64,000 nucleotides of DNA from Amphiscolops sp. MND2022 (lineage: Eukaryota): assembly GCA_964187785.1 (NCBI GenBank), contig OZ076418.1:24490001-24554000 (forward strand), written 5' to 3'. The first letter of the stretch is position 1; each line of letters opens with the position of its first letter. The notes under the pieces are model-generated. The model ran no database searches. It was given only the letters and a program-made list of their open reading frames with translations, and was not told the DNA's origin. Shown here piece by piece: positions 52,747 through 64,000 of the stretch. The translations under genes and the position numbers were made by a program.

Positions 52747-53485
52747 AAGTAATACCACTCTGATTATGTAATGGCCGAGTATGGCCAATTGACTCAATAA
52801 TTGTGCCTTTTAGTCAAACGGCCGATTCCGGCCACTTCGTTGGAATAGCCTGTATGTGTGTTAATTGGGTGTACTAATCGTAAATTACTGTAAATGTACT
52901 CTTAATAATGAATGAAAGCCCCAATGCCGCGCAACGAGCTTAATAAACCTAGTACTCACTCAAAAGCCGAATAAGGCTTTTACCCTCTTTTATTATAGTG
53001 CTGTATTAATAAAACGGATTTGTCCATTTTCGGCATTGTCAGAAAGTGTGTTATTTTAATAATGCTGTATTATTTTAAGCAGAACTGATCATGTAATATT
53101 TAATCTAGTTCCTACTCACGTTGAATAATAGGCGCGTGGTAACGCGTGTCACAAGCACATTCCGAAGAGATGCCTTTTGCATTCCTTCAATAGACATTGG
53201 TATTTGTTGACAGGATAATGTTGATGATGTTTATAAACATGACACTTGAAGGTGCTGCTTTCGTACCCTTTGAAATATCATTCTTTTGATGTTGAATTCC
53301 TAAGGACTACCCTGAAACTAGGAATTTTCCCAATTAGGACATCACCCTAAAATATCTGCTTTGAAGTGTTGAATATCCTACCCGATGCTGTAATAACACT
53401 TGTCACATGACCTGTTGAGGCCATAGTCATATGATGTTTTCTTGATCAAAGAATTTGTGGAATGTGAGTGTCATCTTTTTAGGGG

Positions 53486-53494
53486 TATATATAG
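53486..53494 (+). promoter_or_regulatory. TATA-like box inside the LTR
   Basis: TATATATAG about 130 bp upstream of the ATG at 53619. Confidence 0.35.
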
Positions 53495-53618
53495 CTATAT
53501 TCCTGTAAAAAAGATCACTAATCCCATACCTTTACTTTGATAAAGATTGAATTAATACAACGACTTTTGTCAGTTTTCCGGTTTCGATAATTGAATTATT
53601 CAACCCGGTTCTGTCTCA

Positions 53619-54218
53619 ATGCCTACCACTAGAAAGCAAAAGAAAGCGAGAAAGTCTAGAGGACTTGAGATGTTGTCAGATATTGAAAATCTGGATATCA
53701 TGTTAGGCGAGAACCATTTTGGTGCACGAGAAAGAGAAGGTAGCCTGAATAGCAATTTACCTAGGAGGTCTAGGAGTTTTGCTAGTAATGAGTCTGACAA
53801 TGAGGACGGAAACGGAAGTAGATCCAGGAGAAATATTGAACCTAGAATGAATGCCGAATGTGATCGCAATTCTATCACAGGTGATTCTAGCGCTGAAATA
53901 AACAGATTGTCTAGCGAACTGAACTCTCGTATTTCACGGGAAATGGATGAGATGATGAATTCCGTAAGTGTCCAAATACAGAGAGCCATAAACGATGCGA
54001 TAAGTACTCAAGTACTTCCTCAAATCCAAAATGTTATAATGGCCGAATCAGGGCACAGGACCAGAAAGGGATGGGACGTTCCGGCCGAGAGACCGGAACC
54101 AAATTCCGAAGTTCAGCGAAACCTCAACGCAAAGAGTAGCTTAAGAAACGAACAATATGTGAATCAATTGAACGGTGATTACCCTGACCTAAACGTTCAT
54201 GACACTGTCCATAACTGA
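53619..54218 (+). CDS. Probable gag-like N-terminal ORF (MPTTRKQKK...), truncated at the LTR end
   Basis: 199 aa, of which 195 codons lie inside the TSD-defined LTR; the stop comes from flanking DNA. Basic N-terminus and helical EINRLSSELNSRISREMDEMM segment. Confidence 0.6.
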   Translation: MPTTRKQKKARKSRGLEMLSDIENLDIMLGENHFGAREREGSLNSNLPRRSRSFASNESDNEDGNGSRSRRNIEPRMNAECDRNSITGDSSAEINRLSSELNSRISREMDEMMNSVSVQIQRAINDAISTQVLPQIQNVIMAESGHRTRKGWDVPAERPEPNSEVQRNLNAKSSLRNEQYVNQLNGDYPDLNVHDTVHN

Positions 54219-56488
54219 GCATCACGTAATATCAGCTAATATCATCAGTCTATACGAAACACGCTGGATTTTGAAAACCCTATAACGCCAATCTATAAAA
54301 AGTGAATGCCAACAATGTAGACATATCAACGCAGTCTCAAATAAAACGATATCCTTTGCTATGATTCGAGGTACATTTATTTTTGACAATGGTAGTGTTT
54401 TGACAATTTTCTCACCCCATGAATTGTTAATTTCTTAACGTTTCAAACCAATCATAGTAGTCGAATTTCCCAAATTCGTGCAAAGTTTGTTCTCCAGGGC
54501 GAAGACTTGAAGATTTCGAAAGCTCATTCTTCGTCCTTATTGGATCTGTTTTTTAGTCCATAATACAATAAATTTTTTAATTGTTTCGGTAAAACTCAAA
54601 AAATCCAATAAAGTATTCTTTTCGTTTCGTTTTCCAAACCCTTCCCGAATCAGGAAGTAAAGAAACAAAAAAGTGTTCAAATGGCTAATCTTGGTCTATT
54701 ATAACAAGATGATGGCCTGCAGTAAGTATGGATTGAGAACTTTTAGATGAACTTGCGTAGTTAGTTGCTTTACTTATAAAATTCGTAAGGAAGCTTATGA
54801 AGAGTTGGAAACAAAAACTCAACTGCCCAACCCAAACACGCTGTTTTTCGAAGCTCTATTTTCATAACTCGGAGATGGCGTTTCATATTTATCCTATCTT
54901 AGAACGATTTTGAATTTCTTGTCACTGAGAGCATTTTTGCAAATACTTTTTTGTTTGTTGATAAAGGTTTTGAAGAGCAAAATAAAATATTCTACTCGAA
55001 AATCGATTCGAACAGTTATTGAAAAGAAACACTTTTCATGTTTCTATCAAAATTTTTAGCTTGTTCCATTGAATTTTTGCATTGCTTCGGATGTAAGCGG
55101 ATTTTTTAAAACGATTTCGTGCTAGAAGATTAACCATCTCTTGTACACTGCCAGCTTCGTGTTATTGTATTTTGTCCCCTTTCAGTGATAATTAGTCGGC
55201 GCTTCATGAAGTGAAACGCGACTATTATAGTGACTCTTTTTTTCAATCCACCCGAACTGACCAAAATAGTTCTACAAAGTTCTACGAAACTTTAAGGTGC
55301 CAAATTGAACCAATTGGCACAATGAACTGAAATATAAAAGTTGTTCCTTTTTTCAGCGTAAAATAAAATACTGGGCGAGACCAAAGGGTCCCCCTTTCAG
55401 TTTTTTCGGCATTGTGAGTATTTTCGGGTACTGTAGAAGAGAATATTACATTTGAAGGTGAAAATGGCATCATCCTTAGCATTATAAACCTCAATTTTGT
55501 GTGTTCTCAGTTTCCCTTTAGTTAGAGCTATAAAATCTTTTATATGAAAAATCCTTTCTATGAAAAATGAAAACAACAATTATGCTTATAGTCCTGACTA
55601 AAAAGAATTCAGGGTTGCAGGTATTCGTTAATTAGGTCTGGGAAACTAATTCCACAAAAAACTTGTGAACGGTCTGTCCAAAAAAAGGAGAACAGAAATC
55701 CTTTACAGACTTTCTTTCACTAGTTGAGTTCTGTAGTTAGTAAAGAGCATACCATCATTGTAGATGTCACAGTCAATGTCAGTTGTTATCGACAAAAATG
55801 TGGCTTCTAAACTAACAAACAATGGCGGAACTGACATATCTCCAGTCCATATTTTCACACAAGTACACCCGGATTTATCCCAATTGATAACAATTATAAT
55901 TGCAAGTTTGGTAAGTCCCATTTACAATTTGCTGCGCTTTAAACCTCTTTTCTTAGATGGGAGCATTATCACGCTGACAACATATGGTTGGCAACATGCA
56001 AGATCTTCAAAAAAATCCATGCATTTGAATATTTTAATTCACCAAGTGACAAACATTATCAACTTTGAATATAAAATAGTAAAATCTAGACGAAGCTTCA
56101 GGAGTGACCTTCATTTAAGCCTTGCTCAAAACGTATTTGCAATTCAAAATTAAGGGAAAAAAGAAATTAGCTATCTTGACCTCGTGTTTATCACTTTAGA
56201 TAATTGCGAGGAAAATTTTCCCATATCGAACAAGCTGCAGCTAAATAAATTTCATTTTTCTTACTGGAGATACAAGGAACAAAGAAAACAAATACATTTC
56301 AATAACATATAGTTAAAACAAATTCTTCTCACTTCTCCCAAAGTTTTCTACTTTACACAAAAGTATTCAACAACTAAGAACAAATGAAAAAAATAATGAG
56401 ACATCACTGCAATTGAGAGAAAAATGTGGGTCAAGGTAGCATAGGCTTCGTCAAAAACAATTAACATCCTCATTTGTCCATTGTAAAG

Positions 56489-56547
56489 GACTGAACCGGC
56501 TGTGAGCCCTGGTAGTAAAAGACGTTCCCAGCTCCACCAAGACCAAG
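56489..56547 (+). CDS. Candidate exon (TEPAVSPGSKRRSQLHQDQ)
   Basis: Acceptor TTTGTCCATTGTAAAG, donor AAG|GTACTT; phase 2 start is compatible with 49604. Confidence 0.35.
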
Positions 56548-57474
56548 GTACTTTGTAAACTCTAAACTTGTTTTGAAGAAAAAAATCCGCCTAATATATC
56601 CTTCCTTATTATTATTTTCTGCCCATATTCCATATGGAAAAAGGAAAATATTCAACTCAAACGTTTTTTTTTTACAAAATATGCCATGTCCCAAATATAT
56701 ATTCAAAACGAAGGGTGTCACCCACAGAATTCAACTCAAATAAAATTAGCTTCGCTTGATATGTGTTGGTAGAGATTTTTGGGTCCGACCAAAATGACCC
56801 AGAATGACTCAAAATGACCCCAAAAAAGACAAAAATGACAAACCTTATATATATAATCTCTCTAAAAGTGTTAATACTAATTGTTAAACTTAACACTTTT
56901 AGAGAGATTTGTGCGTCAAACGAGATCAATCATGAAAAAAGCAGCAGCAGATACCAAAAAAATGCTAATTGTGATATTCTTATGTTTTTGATTTATCAAA
57001 TTTCTATCAAATAGAAATTGGTACATTGATTGAGGAGTTGATTGAATACGTTATGCTAGTTTGGGATGTATAGAAAACATTTATTTCATAAAAGGACCAA
57101 ACTATGGCCATTGTATGATTTGAGTATTTTTTGTTTGTGAGGTCTTTTACGACTTGTCATCATAGAGAACATTTTCTGATCTACATGTTTTTCGAATGGA
57201 GGTCAACACGGGCAATCAATATGTGAAAGTTTTGCAATCAAGATGAGCTAGTATCTCTGATCACATTTTTTTGAAATTCGCCTAGGAAATTCGTTAAAAT
57301 TTTGTTTCTGCAGAAACATAGTTGATCCTATTTAAATTCATGCATAAATTTACTGACTTCAAGAAGAAACCTCTAATGTTCTTGGTGTTATTGGCATTTG
57401 TGCCATCAATTATATTTTAATATTCATCCAAATCAAGATTTCTAAAGTCCTCAGTATCTACCTCTTCATTGCAG

Positions 57475-57648
57475 AGAAGCCAGGGTAGTTGTCACGTGGT
57501 GACGTCATCCAACGAGAGCAATGGGGCAGCTGCCAATTTGGGGTGTGTGGCAGTTATGGGTGTGGGTGTTGGGGGAGTGGATGGTCACGTGCAGCACAGG
57601 TACCAGCAGTCAGGAAACCACAACTCATCCGCCCACCATCAGGCATGA
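57475..57648 (+). CDS. Candidate terminal exon (RSQGSCHVVTSSNESNG...SSAHHQA*)
   Basis: Strong acceptor CTACCTCTTCATTGCAG, GC-rich 57-codon open frame. Phase link to 56547 is not satisfied. Confidence 0.45.
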   Translation, partial: RSQGSCHVVTSSNESNGAAANLGCVAVMGVGVGGVDGHVQHRYQQSGNHNSSAHHQA

Positions 57649-58179
57649 ATGAATTAACACTTCTACAATCAATATACCAATATTTTTATGACTACTCGAT
57701 TAACAAGGAACAGTTGTCTAGTTAACACTTGTCTTTTCTGTGTGACTAAAAAGAAAATTCTTTACCGGTCGAATACTTCAACAGTTGCCTGAAAGCTTAA
57801 AAAAATCCCTTAACGTTTTCATCAACTATGTGTATTGGATTGATTCAACAGGTTAGAAATAACGGCTTCAAAATTTACAATTGAATTTCACTTGCTCATC
57901 GTCAATTACCAAAACCTTGAAAAGGTTAGGCCCAGTGGCATCAACAATTAGGTGAGAAGCATATATTACAAGCGAAGTAAAAATTAATAGACGTGCGACA
58001 CATTATTAGACGATTCATCAATGCGAATAAAGCTTTGGTTTATATGAATACGACGTTATGAATCAGATTCAACAAGTTGAATTCAAAGTGTTTTTTGAAA
58101 GATTCACAGATTTCATATTTTGATGTTTTCCCATATTTTCGCTGGAACTTTTCTTGTAAAAAAATAGTTCCATTCGAAC

Positions 58180-60360
58180 ACTCCAACAAGCTGATTTTTG
58201 TTGGAATAAATGCATGCATAAATTATCACAGACTTGCTATAACCTTCCATGGATAGCAAAACATGTAGTTTTCTGTCGTGGATCTTCATGGATGAATAGA
58301 GGGTTCTCATCAGCGCTATGATCCTGGAAGAATAGCCATGACTCGAATTTATTGAAAATGACCATGGTGGATGAGCCGCAATTCGAGTATGATGCCTTAT
58401 TTAGCGAAAGCATTCGATGGCAGCATCCAGTGTAGAATCTTTCCTGAATGCTTAAAAGTGGCTGAAGTAATTGCCTTATACAAAAATACAAAAAATTTGA
58501 CAAAACAAATCCTGGAAACTACCGACCAATTGGTCTCTTGCTATCCTTGAGTAAAGTGTTTGAAACAATTCATCTGAAAAGAATGACTAAATTGTGCAAT
58601 AAATGTCAAATACTATCGAAACCTCAGTACGGATTTAGTCAGAAACACTTTCGTACATACGCCATTGCGCATAAAACTGAAGTTATGTGGCAAGTGATTG
58701 ATAGAAAATCCACAAGTCTTAGAAAAATGCATTTGATCTTTTAGACCATTCAATTCTTTTGAGAAAAATTTACAATTTAGGTTTTAGAGGACAAATCTTT
58801 GAACTACTGGAGGGTTACTTAGAAGTCGATGCCTGTACGTTGGACGAAACTCTAACCTTCAAGAAAAAACAAGCCGAGAACGGCCAAAGTCGGCGCCATA
58901 TCTAAGGCTCAAAATTGAAAAGGGGGACCCCCCGGGCTTTGTGAAACTCCAGCTGGTTGCAAAAATGAAAAAAATTGAAGAGGGACCCTTTGGGGACATA
59001 AAAAAATTTCCCAAAAATTTTTTTTAATGAGATTTTCGAACAGTGTCACAGTGCCGAAAAATGTAAAAGGGGCACCCTTTGCGATTTTTCGACATCCATT
59101 GTGTTGCAAAACATCGAAACAAATGAAGGGGTGACCCTTTGGTGCAATCCAAAAAGTTTCCAAAAGTCTCATAGTGCAGAAAAAAGTGGGGCTATGTGGT
59201 GATTCTTAGTGTGTTTTCGAGGTTCTGGACGTCTGTTTTGTTTTTTCTTTTCGTTTTGGACGCGCTTCTGAGATTGAAGTTGTTGAGGTTTGAAGTTGTT
59301 GAGGTTTGACGTACCTTAAGCACCACAGAGTGTGAGAGCATGATATTGGCCTTGGGAAAAAATAAGGATATCAACATATTCAATTCAAAGTTGCCCAATA
59401 CTATACTAATTGTTTCAAGTATTTTGGTGTTTACATTGAAAATAACCTCACATTCTGAGAACACATTGCGTACATAACTGAAAAATTGAACAAGTTCTGT
59501 GATCTTGTCTATAAAGTGAGACATTTATACCTAATGAAGTGTCTCCTATTATTAAATAATGCATAAGCACGGTCGCTATTTAGCTATTGATTGTTGGTTT
59601 ATGGCAGTGCTGCAAAGGCTAATTTAGAGATGCTTGAGAATGCCCAAAGGAGAATCATGCGAGCCATTTTCTTCAAGCAAAAGAGAATCATGCGAGCCAT
59701 TTTCTTCAAGCAAAAACAACACAGCGTTAAAAATATCATAAACGATTACCACATCCATAAAGAGTTTGATTTGTATGTCCTGGAAGTTTTCAAAGAATTT
59801 TTCAAGCAAATTAGAATAAAATCTTTCCTTCTTCAATATGAAAAAGTGCAAACCAGTGTAAAAACTAGGTTTTCCGAGAAAGGTCTTATACCTACAGTTC
59901 ATTGTTGAACTGTAACTAAGCGAAATTCGATTGAAAATATTCTGAGAAAAGCTTATAATTGGCTGAAGGTACACAATCTCATACTAATCGGTTTTGCAAA
60001 AATGACGAATGCTCAAATTGATACACATTTGAGACAAATAGTTATTCGCTACGTATTTGATGGGTTGGAGTTACGGAAGCTTTTTTGAGAAGCCGTCACC
60101 TAATGTGAAGAAATTAGGCAAAATGGTAGGGTTGAGATCAAAAATCGGAACATTATTTAGTTTATTCATTACGGTCTTCACAAATGGACTGTAAAATGTC
60201 CTTTCCTTTCTTCATTGTACTTTGAAAATGACTGATTCCATGGGGTAGAGACTCGAAGAGCTGATGAGCTCATTTTCTGTCCCAGCTGAGTGGTTGTATG
60301 TGTTTCATTTTTTGTTTCACGAAATGTAACATATAGCCATTCTGTTGAATTAAGCTTTCC
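58180..60360 (+). mobile_element. 5'-truncated, decayed LINE related to the 33-37 kb element
   Basis: FPECLKVAEVIALYK, NYRPIGLL.SLSKVFE, FKYFGVYI..NLTF, EKLNKFC, LVYGSA; catalytic FADD region not seen; 33-bp in-frame duplication at 59651-59716; shared 3' UTR motif. Confidence 0.85.
58870..59190 (-). mobile_element. Family B element (one end only) inserted in the decayed LINE
   Basis: CAAGCCGAGAACGGCCAAAGTCGGCGCCATATCTAAGGCTCAAAA followed by GGGACCCTTT units. Confidence 0.75.
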
Positions 60361-61047
60361 ATGCAATAAAAACGTCATGATCATGTATGAAAGCCATGAA
60401 TGAGTTATGATGGTCAATCTGGGTTAGCATATTCTGGAAGAGGCCAAGCCATAGCAGCGTGCATATCGTGAAATACGTTTCATTCTTAAAGGAGAGGAAC
60501 TTCTTACAAGAGTCTTGTAAGAAATGATTTCCTTGTAAGATTCTTACAAGAGTCAAGAAAAATGCATTCGCTTTAAAAATTCTCTACATAAAGCTTTCAA
60601 GATTGTCGAGTTCCGACGACTAGGGGACAACAGACTTCTTGAGCATTACTTATCAACATGCTACATAACTTCTATCTATAAACCCATGTTGTCAGGATTT
60701 TGTGCTGTGATTGAGGTTACTAGATGTAGATGATTAGTGAGAATAATTGAGTTGGCTGAAGTTTCTGAAAGTTACGTAGATGACCCCGGAATCTTGGCTT
60801 CGTTGGCAAAATTTTTGTAAACCAATGAACGCTTAGCAGAATCTTGTATAGCTATATGATCATGACCCTGGGAAAGATCAAGATAAGTCTTGGCAGTCAG
60901 CAAAAGTTTTTATTTTCCATGAATTGAAGCTAAGGATTAGTGTTTTGATTACTGCGGTAATACCATATCTTGTTACAAACTTTTCGAATTTGTATGTATA
61001 CCATATGGTATGCGATAGTAAATCTTGCTCATTTCTGCTACTAATAG

Positions 61048-61320
61048 GCGTGCCCCCCGTCTGCTCTGATGTACCACCTACACAACAACTCACACAACCC
61101 CGCCCTCTCTGGACTGAACTCCTGCTCCGGCAACAACATCCAGACCAACAACAACAACAAATCAAACAGTAATTCCAACCTCCATTCCTCAACCAGAGGC
61201 GGCTGTCAATCAGGCATGTTAACCAACCCATGTAATATCGCCAATCAAGAGTTCTTACAAACATGGTTCAAGTGGCACATGGTTTGGTCGAAATGGTTCA
61301 AAGGGTTATCCAAAAATGAG
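61048..61320 (+). CDS. Possible upstream exon of the Kir gene (Asn-rich)
   Basis: Acceptor TTTCTGCTACTAATAG, donor GAG|GTTTAC, 91 open codons, phase 0 to 0 compatible with 61728. Confidence 0.45.
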
Positions 61321-61727
61321 GTTTACCCCGAAGTCGAAATATAATTGACCAGAAGACCCGCGAGAAGCCAAAGCTTCTAATTTGCTTCCACGTCTGAGCT
61401 CCTGTTGCTTCGAAAATCATGCTGCCTAAAAAATACTGCATTTCATGTTTCCTTAACACTCGAATGGAGATTTTTACGGTTTTAACAACGGTTGACCGAC
61501 AAGCTCATGAAAAAATATCTCATCAATCTTTGAATGAACGTGCCAGAATTGTCTTGAATATTCATTTCGATCAATTTGCGGCTTTTCAATTCAATTTACA
61601 ATCACAAAATGTTGTAGAACTTTTTATCGCTCTTCGATATCTTGATACAATGCGAGCAGTCAGGATACTTTTGAGTCGAAAGACTATCAGTTATAGTTTG
61701 AGCTCTAACAATCATTACCGAAGTTAG

Positions 61728-61945
61728 ACCAGTTTATGGCTGAGAGATATAGATGTTAACATTCCTGTGACCGTGGTGATGTCTGCTGCAGACAACAATC
61801 CCCCCAAGATCTCAGTCGTGGACAGCCCCCCTCGCAAGCCCAGTCTGATCAGCAACATGAGCAAGATGAGCATAGCCGGCTCCATCCGCAGAGCCTTCTC
61901 CTCCAGCACCATCTCAGAGGCCCCGCCCAGACTAGTCGACTCCAG
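61728..61945 (+). CDS. KCNJ: Inward-rectifier K+ channel N-terminal exon (possible ATG at 61779)
   Basis: GC3-rich frame ending RLVDS-R; donor AG|GTCAGG, phase 2; joins 62636. Confidence 0.75.
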
Positions 61946-61989
61946 GTCAGGTTATCACACGTCACATGTCATTTTGGAAGTCAACTTAC

Positions 61990-62172
61990 TTATTAGTGAG
62001 TCAGGTCAAATCAGGTCGGGTCGGGTCGGGTCGTGTCGGATCGGATCGGATCGGATCGGGTCACGTCATGTCATGTCGAGTATCACATCAGGTCGGCTCG
62101 TTTCAAATCAGGTGTAGTCACGTCGTGTCGAGTTCGGGTCAAGTGAGGTCAGGCCGGGCGGGTCAGGGCGTT
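61990..62172. repeat. Degenerate pentanucleotide microsatellite (GGTCG/GGATC/TGTCA) in the Kir intron
   Basis: Visible 5-bp periodicity. Confidence 0.9.
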
Positions 62173-62635
62173 TGATATCATGATGTTGTAAAAATTACTA
62201 AGCAAAATTGAAAATTTTCATTCGTATCGGAAAATAAAGAAGATTGAATATGTCACAAGAAACCATTCTGAAAAACTAACTTGGTTTTGAGTTTCACAAA
62301 AAATATATATATAAATCAAGACATTTAATTGAAAGAATTTGTCTCGGTGAATATAAATTAATGAAAAAATTAAAGAGCACTTTTTGGATTGGACATGTTG
62401 TATATTGTTCTGGGAACTCCACTGCAGAGCTGCATGACTAGTCCTATAAAAATCTGAATCTTTTTATCGGAAAATCGGAGAATCCGACACTCTTCAACTA
62501 TTCTACCATCTTCTGCGAATTAGCATTTCAAACACAATGCTATAAGTAATTGGTTGATAGGGATAGGGAATAAAATGAGGAGAATAAGCTGATTGAAGAT
62601 TGGACAAAGTGTAACAATGGGTTGTGTGATTACAG

Positions 62636-62748
62636 GGGCAGGAGGAACATAGGAATTATCAACGTGCCTTTCAGTACCCGTCAACTTAACAATGCTTTCC
62701 GCTACATGGTTAACGTTCACTGGGCTTTACAGCTATGCACTATCGGAA
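62636..62748 (+). CDS. KCNJ: Inward-rectifier K+ channel exon (slide-helix region to start of M1)
   Basis: Spliced product RLVDSRGRRNIGIINVPFSTRQLNNAFRYMVNVHW parallels Kir2 RFVKKDGHCNVQFINV...RYLADIFTTCVDIRW; acceptor TTACAG, donor A|GTAAGC. Confidence 0.8.
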
Positions 62749-64000
62749 GTAAGCTGCTTTTGCTTTAATTATACCACTGAAAAAAAGTTCCAATTCAACT
62801 TTCCGCTCTTTGAGCCCCCATTAATTGTAACCCAATCCTAATAACACAGCCACCCTCTACTTTTCCCAAAATTCCTTTTTCAAGAGCCCGCCCCCAAAAA
62901 AGAAGATACTATTCTGTATCTTCCTCTCTCAGACTCTGTGAACCTCTCTTTTCTTTCACTCCTTGAATTCTTCAACCAACCCCCCCCCCAATCCCGGCTT
63001 ATCCGTTGATTAAATCTCCTTTCCTATTCATCCCAACGACCTTTCCTTTCATAATTCTGAATCTCACTGCTGGTCTTCTGAAGAAATTTGCATTGAAATC
63101 GTCAATCCTTTGATATATATGTTAAAATTTTGTCCGCCCCGAAATTGGAACTTTAACAGCACAATTGGTTAAAAGTTCTTCCTGAAAACGATTAGATGAA
63201 ATTGCATTAATTCACGTACTTCAAAGAAAATTGCCTCATTTTGTAGTCGCTCTTTTCGAATTCTTGGATCTAACAAAAATAAGCAGCACGGAATTTATTT
63301 CAAAGGCCTCATGATTGGATACAAGACAAAACCCAAATCTAGATCCATTGAAAAAGAATGCGAAAAAGGTTATCGCCCTCTGCTTTGGGCGTTTGAAGTT
63401 AGACTACAAACAAATTACAAAGGATTCCCATTGATTTAATGACAAAATGACTCCGATAACAGTATTTGACAGAAGTTCTTTTTGTCATATTGGTCAAATC
63501 TTGAGAATTTTTGTCAGACAATCTTGGCCGAGACTTTGTACGGATGAATTTCCAATGAATGTTATTTCCTGTCTTTCTTACGCTTCAAGAAAAATGGCGA
63601 AAGGGGGTTTTCTAATTAGATTCCAAAATGGAAATGATTACCCGATTTGAATGGAAAAAGCACATTTTAGCTCTTTAAATTTTTTGAACAACTTTTATTG
63701 GTGCTTTGATCCATTTCCACGATGACCTTTTTCGAACGAAAGCACTAGACTGCGAATTCCTGAAATTGGCAAGCTACTTGTGTCGGGTTGGAATTCATAA
63801 AAATCTCCATTGATTAACTAACCAATAATCATTCCTAAATCTTCATGTGAACAAGTAAAAAATTTCACATCCCAGCTTGGAGGAGAAACACTTTTTTTCC
63901 GGTTTTCAAAAATCTTGAGCACTTTTACAATTGACAGACCAATGTCTTGAGAAGATCATATATCAGAGACAAGAAAAACAGTACATGTATGAAAAACTAC

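Larger units (their letters stand above)
52381..54204 (+). mobile_element. LTR (solo, or two LTR halves joined across the gap) with 5-bp TSD
   Basis: TGTC...GACA termini flanked by CTGTC at 52376-52380 and 54205-54209; contains the 200-N gap. Confidence 0.75.

Noticed and set aside
52499-52797. ORFs spanning the N run
   Set aside because: Artefacts of translating the gap.
52398-53153. Inner TGTGAC...GTCACA segment as the LTR
   Set aside because: No flanking TSD; the outer boundaries 52381-54204 have an exact 5-bp TSD.

Overview
AT-rich, intron- and repeat-dominated eukaryotic (probably invertebrate animal) DNA with one 200-N scaffold gap (52547-52746). No CRISPR array, rRNA or intact tRNA was found. 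Host genes: the 5' exons of an inward-rectifier K+ channel (Kir/KCNJ-like) at 61.7-62.7 kb (+), and a chain of tiny phase-compatible exons of an unidentified + strand gene (about 21.7-57.6 kb) that the ORF track misses. Mobile elements: a near full-length but disabled APE-RT LINE (33.35-37.4 kb, -), a diverged relative at 58.2-60.3 kb, an RTE-like RT fragment, a copia RT fragment, a FLYWCH-MULE transposase pseudogene with subrepeat TIRs, several MULE-like MITEs, a CCC...GGG MITE family with variable 2-bp TSDs (CMC-like), a Helentron/DINE-like family, and a TSD-flanked LTR containing a 195-codon ORF. Structural oddities: three mismatch-free, zero-spacer palindromes (132-182 bp), a 2.74-kb tandem duplication with a templated junction, and a roughly 180-bp degenerate array. 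All calls are by eye; no alignment or database search was run.
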